This document shows positions 59,037 through 64,000 of a DNA stretch of 64,000 bases, piece after piece. Under the pieces are notes generated by a model. It was not told the DNA's origin and did no database searches. It saw only the letters and a program-made list of their open reading frames with translations. The first letter of the stretch is position 1, and every line of letters starts with the position of its first letter. A program made the translations under genes and the position numbers. The stretch is from a virus, in the IMG/VR virus record IMGVR_UViG_3300013132_000036, positions 1-64,000 of that record; one strand, 5' to 3'.

Positions 59037-59555
59037 ATGAATTACAATTGGCTTAAGGACGAAAAATCCCCAAAAATACTAGTAGAAGCGGTGAAAAATC
59101 TAGGGGTAAAAGAAATAGTTGGCTCCGCACACAATCCAGTTATTCTCGGATGGGCAGGAGAACTTGGACTAAAAAGTATTTACACTAACGACGAAATACC
59201 CTGGTGTGGTTTATTTATAGCACATTGTGTACATGTTGCTGGATTCGAAGTGGTTGAAAGACCCTTATGGGCTTTAAATTGGGCCAAGTACGGTAATAAA
59301 GTTGATGAGCCTATGTTGGGTGATATCCTAACTTTCAAAAGAAATGGAGGAGGGCACGTTGGAATATATGTTGGTGAGGACGAAAAATATTACCACGTTT
59401 TAGGGGGTAACCAAAATAATTCGGTAAGTGTTTCCAGAATTGCTAAATCAAGACTCCACCAGGCAAGAAGAACTAAATGGAAAATTGCACAGCCTGGTAA
59501 CGTAAGAAAAGTTCTACTGGAAGCTAAAGGAAATATCACTACAAACGAAAGCTAG
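59037..59555 (+). CDS. TIGR02594-family NlpC/P60-CHAP peptidoglycan hydrolase (candidate endolysin)
   Basis: GVKEI.G..HNP.I, DEIPWCGLF, GGGHVG, VLGGNQ. Confidence 0.88.
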   Translation: MNYNWLKDEKSPKILVEAVKNLGVKEIVGSAHNPVILGWAGELGLKSIYTNDEIPWCGLFIAHCVHVAGFEVVERPLWALNWAKYGNKVDEPMLGDILTFKRNGGGHVGIYVGEDEKYYHVLGGNQNNSVSVSRIAKSRLHQARRTKWKIAQPGNVRKVLLEAKGNITTNES

Positions 59556-59563
59556 CCAGAATT

Positions 59564-62500
59564 TTAAAATAAATCTTGATACTTATTCAGAGGGGGAAAT
59601 CCTAATTCTTTCCTATTATAATAGATGGATCTTAGTAAGTAGTCCTCAGGATTTACAACTTCGGGTTTTAAATCTCCTGCGAAAGCTTCTTTGTGATCTA
59701 TAACCCTTATCATCCCCCTATGCTCTGTTTGATATATGTTACCATTGGCATCTTGTAATTCACAAGATATTGTATAGAATCCAGGATTTAAGAAGGTCCA
59801 TATAAAGTATGGGGTTTTTCTTATCTTCACTATGGTCTCACCTGTTTCTGTATCGGTAAGGGTCCATATGTGATTCTTTTTACCGGGGATTAATGAATCA
59901 ATAGGATTTATAAATATAGTAGTGGCAAGAGGAATTTCAAACTCCTCCTTGTATAATTTTTCCTCTTTCCATGACCAAGAATGAGAACCTAGCCATGATT
60001 GAACTCCACCAATTTTTAATCCACTTTGGAATCTTTGCTTAGGGATTTTTCCTAAGAAAGCATCTAAAGAACCGCCAGGAGGGGAAAGGACAATATATGG
60101 GGAAAATTCAGATTCACCCTCAAAGTATCCAGTTATATAAAGATTCTCTTCTTTGTCCAGTACAAGGTCTGCTCCTGAATCGTTATTGATTCCACCTGCA
60201 GTAACTATGTCTACTAATAAACCGTCCTTATTAAATTTTGTTAAGTAGATGTCTGTACCCCCTCTAGATTCAATTTCTTCTGGAGAAAAATATGCAGGAG
60301 AAGTGTAAGATCCTGTTATATAAACATTTTCCTCAGAGTCACTTTCTATATCATAAGCAGCATCTCCCCCCTGCCCTCCACACATTTTCACCCAAATTAA
60401 TTTTCCAGTAGAAAGAAGTTTAAGTACAAAGATATCTGTTGTTCCTGGGAATGATGATATTTTCTGATTTTCTATCTCTATAGTTCCCTCATAGGATCCA
60501 GTAACTAGTACATGCCCTTTTGGGTCTATACATATAGAGGTGTTTCCAAATGATGTACTAGCATCATAAGCAAAGCTGTCTCCCCATAAACATGTTCCGT
60601 CTCCAGTAGAAAACTTAGCAACAAACATGTCAGGATTTCCAACTCCGTTTAGTGTGATAGGATCAAGATCAATTTGTGTTTCGAAAACTCCTGTTAAGTA
60701 TAAATATTCCTCCTTAAGAACTGATAGTTCATAAGCTTTAGAATATGTCGTAGTAGTAAGTTGTTTAGCCCAAACAAATGATAATGATGGATCTATTTTT
60801 GCAACAAAAGCTGAATCTTGTCCAGTAGAAGTAAGTGTGTATGTACCTAATGTGAGAGTTCCTTCAAATGATCCACAGATGTAAATATTTTCATACTTAT
60901 CTACTTTTATATCTCCCAGGAATTGATCTGGCGTAACATTGACGGTGATTGTATTTAATAAGATCCCATCCGAATCATATTTGTTTATTTCTATAAATCC
61001 GGTGAGATTGTTATCGCAAGCAACATAAATATTATTGTTAGCATCAGTTATAACAGATCTAGCATAAATAGGACCTTGTGGAGAAGTGGAAGATACTGAT
61101 GTAGCCCATTGAATAACGCCTCCTTTATTATATTTAGCAACGTAAACTCCTTGATCTAAACTATTTAAATAAACGTCCTGTGTACCTATATTATTAACCT
61201 CTCCCATAAATATAGTACCAGTAAAATCTCCTATTGCTATAATGTCTCCCTCGTTGTCAACTGTGACTTTTACTCCTCGATCTGGGCTACTGTTTCCTAG
61301 AGTTATAACCCATTCAAAATTTTCGAAAAGATCCCTTGATTTTTTCTGAGCTATTCTTTCTATTTGTGAATTTCTCCAATAAGGTTCTTTGTTTGCTTTT
61401 CCATTTAAAATATCTCGTAACGGAGCGTATAAGAAGACATCGTCGATGTTTAAAGATGGAAACTGATCTTTCAGACGATCGACGTTATAACGCTGCCAAA
61501 TAGGCTTATACCAAGAGTATCTGTCGACATTAGGCATGACAGGTCTTGTGTAATCAGAGTTGAGAGTTATATTATCATTAAAAGGACCAACTATAAAGCT
61601 GAAACCTAATTGTGAAGTTCCTATCCCACTACTGGTGATATATTCTACTGAAGGCAGAGGCTTTGAAGTTTCATGATAAACAAAGTCCCATCCGCTAGTT
61701 CCTACTGATTTAGCTGTTGCATGAATATGAGGTATGATGTAATCAATTTTTCCTATTTCTCCATCATCGGTAACAAATAGAAGATTTTTTGGATATGTTG
61801 TTTCTCCGTTTTTAATAGTTTTCCAAGGAGCTGAAAGAAGAGTTTTACCGTGTGAAACATTACAAGGATTTATGAGTGTAGTTCCGTCATTTCTATATAA
61901 AACTTTAGTAAAGAAATACCCATCAAAGAAGTATAACTCCGTTCCTCCAGGGGAAACCGTTTGATCAATAGTGAACCATATATTAGCATTTCCAGTCTCT
62001 ACTATATTTCCAAACTTACCTGACGATAGCTCAGGATTTGTAGAAGTATTCCATACCGCCCATCTAGTGTGATCCCAATATGCTAAAGCAGATCCAGTAC
62101 CAATCCACTTATGGTCTAATTTGTCAAGTTCTATAGAATAAACGTCATTGTCGGGTAACCCTGAATTGGTGCTTGTGTAATTTTTAAAATCTATACCATT
62201 AAATCTAGATAATCCAGCATCCGTTGCTATCCATAGATACCATTTATTCATTCCATAGTATTCTAATCTAAGATCCCTGATATTATCAGAAGGAATGTCA
62301 GAATTAGATGTAGTGTAAAGAGACCAAGATTTAGCATGGGAATCGTAGAATAAGAGTCCATCAAAAGAAGGCGAAGAGTTACAAGTAAAAGCTGCAAATA
62401 TATCACCGCTTTGGGGATTTATTTCTATTGCATTTATACTAGAAGCTGTTATTGGACTAACAGGATTTCCCCCGTTATCTACAAAATCATTAACAGAATA

Positions 62501-64000
62501 AGCAAAGCTATCGCCTGGATCTTTTTCATTTATTTTAATTAGAGGGGTTAAGCTATTTTCTATTCCTATCCACTTAACATCGTTTCTATCTATTTTTATA
62601 CAATTAGTAAGAATAGAAACCCCAGGCATTACACTATTTGAAGAATCGTACGTTGTATAATTAGCTCCATCAAATTTAATAACGTCCTCACCAGTAACCC
62701 AGATATCACCATCAGCATCCCAAGCTATTCCTGTAGGCTGAAAAAGAACAGGTGAATATGTGGGAACTTTGAAAAATTTAGATGATATATTTTTAGGACC
62801 AGGATTAGTACTAAGATCTGGCGAAATAGGAGTGTTGTTTATATAAAAATTATTAGGCAGTTCAGAAAATCCCCTAACAGTATAATCAAATCTTTTTATA
62901 TTCTCGTCTATAGAATCATTTAACTGTCCCGCAGCTTCACTTAAATCTAAATAGTTATTTGCCGGTGAATCTGTTTCGTTAAATACTATTCCTTGGGAGT
63001 CTTTAGTTACCCTAACTCTATCCCCATATTGTAAAGAATATAAACCAAATCCACCTAACCAATCGTTGTGATAATCATACATATCCCAAGTATGTGCATA
63101 GGATTTTTCAAATTGAAAGTCCTCAAATGTGTCCCAGGAAATTCTTTTAGTCCCCCAATACTTCATCTCTTTCTTTGGTAGGGTAGAAAAATTATATTCT
63201 AGATATTCCTCGGTTTCGTTAACACCCCCAGTAAAAATACCAGATGAGATATTAGAAAGTATAGATCCAGTAGTTTGTACAGTTAATATCTTACCATTCC
63301 ATAAAGCTCCTGTGTTGTTAGGTGCTTGTAGTGTAAATTTCTTATAATTTAAAACGGTTGAATCTATAAGATTTATAACTTTGTACTTGGGGTTTAAAGG
63401 TGAAGAATTTATTGTGCTATAGATTAAACTTGTAGTAGCATTAAGATCTCCCTGGAAATTGCAATCTGCTATTAATAAAGAGTCCGCTGTGATTTTAATA
63501 TTACCAGATCCATAAACATATCCCCCACTTATAGCTGTAATAATTATTTCAGGTATCTCGAACGTGGTAGTGCCTGTTACTGTTATTGGATATTGTCCAT
63601 AAGGTGCTCCAGTAGAATCATATATCCACACAGTATCCCCTGAAGAATATCCGTGAGCGGTGTTTGTCGTTACTATAGCTAATGAATATCCCGATCCATT
63701 GTATGTACTAACAATATTATTAATATCTATTTGTAAAACTCCTATTTGAAATTCAACATTTGCTTTTACCTCCTGTATTTTGCTTAGAACTTCACACTGC
63801 TGGCCTTCATTAAAGTTATTAGAGTACTCTGGATAATTTTCTATTACATCTGAAATATCTAGAATCTTGTTTGTGTTCTCTACCGGAAATATCCACTGGG
63901 AAGGATAACTTTCCCATTTCAAAGGTGCATTATCCCAATTGTATATTTCAGATTCTCTAAATCTAGTAATAGTGTTTAGTTCTATAGATCTTCTGTCCAC
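59564..64000 (-). CDS. Very large virion protein with Reg_prop-type and SBBP-type beta-propellers and a PKD-like C-terminus; 5' end lies beyond the window
   Basis: YTxxNSxLPxNxVxxI...WIGT repeats; DxxxNxYITGxF...DxFxxK repeats; frame open to the window edge. Confidence 0.8.
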   Translation of the reverse strand: MDRRSIELNTITRFRESEIYNWDNAPLKWESYPSQWIFPVENTNKILDISDVIENYPEYSNNFNEGQQCEVLSKIQEVKANVEFQIGVLQIDINNIVSTYNGSGYSLAIVTTNTAHGYSSGDTVWIYDSTGAPYGQYPITVTGTTTFEIPEIIITAISGGYVYGSGNIKITADSLLIADCNFQGDLNATTSLIYSTINSSPLNPKYKVINLIDSTVLNYKKFTLQAPNNTGALWNGKILTVQTTGSILSNISSGIFTGGVNETEEYLEYNFSTLPKKEMKYWGTKRISWDTFEDFQFEKSYAHTWDMYDYHNDWLGGFGLYSLQYGDRVRVTKDSQGIVFNETDSPANNYLDLSEAAGQLNDSIDENIKRFDYTVRGFSELPNNFYINNTPISPDLSTNPGPKNISSKFFKVPTYSPVLFQPTGIAWDADGDIWVTGEDVIKFDGANYTTYDSSNSVMPGVSILTNCIKIDRNDVKWIGIENSLTPLIKINEKDPGDSFAYSVNDFVDNGGNPVSPITASSINAIEINPQSGDIFAAFTCNSSPSFDGLLFYDSHAKSWSLYTTSNSDIPSDNIRDLRLEYYGMNKWYLWIATDAGLSRFNGIDFKNYTSTNSGLPDNDVYSIELDKLDHKWIGTGSALAYWDHTRWAVWNTSTNPELSSGKFGNIVETGNANIWFTIDQTVSPGGTELYFFDGYFFTKVLYRNDGTTLINPCNVSHGKTLLSAPWKTIKNGETTYPKNLLFVTDDGEIGKIDYIIPHIHATAKSVGTSGWDFVYHETSKPLPSVEYITSSGIGTSQLGFSFIVGPFNDNITLNSDYTRPVMPNVDRYSWYKPIWQRYNVDRLKDQFPSLNIDDVFLYAPLRDILNGKANKEPYWRNSQIERIAQKKSRDLFENFEWVITLGNSSPDRGVKVTVDNEGDIIAIGDFTGTIFMGEVNNIGTQDVYLNSLDQGVYVAKYNKGGVIQWATSVSSTSPQGPIYARSVITDANNNIYVACDNNLTGFIEINKYDSDGILLNTITVNVTPDQFLGDIKVDKYENIYICGSFEGTLTLGTYTLTSTGQDSAFVAKIDPSLSFVWAKQLTTTTYSKAYELSVLKEEYLYLTGVFETQIDLDPITLNGVGNPDMFVAKFSTGDGTCLWGDSFAYDASTSFGNTSICIDPKGHVLVTGSYEGTIEIENQKISSFPGTTDIFVLKLLSTGKLIWVKMCGGQGGDAAYDIESDSEENVYITGSYTSPAYFSPEEIESRGGTDIYLTKFNKDGLLVDIVTAGGINNDSGADLVLDKEENLYITGYFEGESEFSPYIVLSPPGGSLDAFLGKIPKQRFQSGLKIGGVQSWLGSHSWSWKEEKLYKEEFEIPLATTIFINPIDSLIPGKKNHIWTLTDTETGETIVKIRKTPYFIWTFLNPGFYTISCELQDANGNIYQTEHRGMIRVIDHKEAFAGDLKPEVVNPEDYLLRSIYYNRKELGFPPLNKYQDLF

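Larger units (their letters stand above)
1..64000. other. Segment of a large T4-like (probable jumbo) myophage genome; likely Bacteroidota host
   Basis: T4-type replication set (gp32, gp61, UvsW, UvsY, gp43, clamp, gp39/52), gp3-like tail protein, very large structural proteins, phoH and nrdAB; no host housekeeping operons; A-rich leaders without SD; Hc1 and DUF4494 homologs. Confidence 0.9.

Noticed and set aside
2826-63347. Many short plus-strand ORFs (e.g. 2826, 5087, 9528, 12660, 30973, 46520, 53085, 63129) and minus ORFs 58317 and 58656
   Set aside because: Antisense to well-supported genes, with no motifs or leaders
1-64000. Stop-codon reassignment as in some jumbo phages
   Set aside because: Genes are full length in code 11, and TAA, TAG and TGA all end well-defined genes
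1-64000. tRNA, rRNA or structured ncRNA genes
   Set aside because: Intergenic gaps are very short and explained by promoters or small ORFs; no cloverleaf seen by eye (tRNAscan not run)
1-64000. Apparent GATC over-representation suggesting Dam-type protection
   Set aside because: Spot counts varied between kilobases and could reflect codon usage; needs a Markov-corrected count

Overview
AT-rich, very gene-dense 64 kb segment of a large T4-like (probably jumbo) myophage genome, read in the standard genetic code with almost all genes on the minus strand. The host is probably Bacteroidota: A-rich leaders with no Shine-Dalgarno, Hc1-like histone and DUF4494 genes, Reg_prop/SBBP propellers. Positions 1-39 kb interleave two gene sets. 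One is replication, repair and nucleotide metabolism: a family B DNA polymerase split into two genes 17 kb apart, sliding clamp, two topoisomerase II subunits, UvsW, UvsY, primase, gp32 SSB, RuvC-like resolvase, NrdAB, dUTPase/dCTPase, Adk, UvsE, MBD4-like glycosylase and DnaJ. The other is about 15 proteins sharing a T4-internal-protein-like N-terminal tag (hydrophobic-x-x-F-x-x-F-x-N-E). Positions 39-64 kb hold tail, baseplate, fibre and lysis genes plus phoH. Two promoter classes are visible: GATATATA before structural and tagged genes, and a 29-bp GAAACWTT-N15-TAWAAT element before replication genes. The best candidate novel system is an inferred capsid-packaged enzyme cargo, including two paralogous MoxR AAA+/HExxH peptidase/vWA modules, an L,D-transpeptidase-like protein, adenylate kinase and a ligase-dead/nucleotidyltransferase fusion. 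No tRNA, rRNA or CRISPR array was seen. All family calls come from motif recognition by eye, not database searches.
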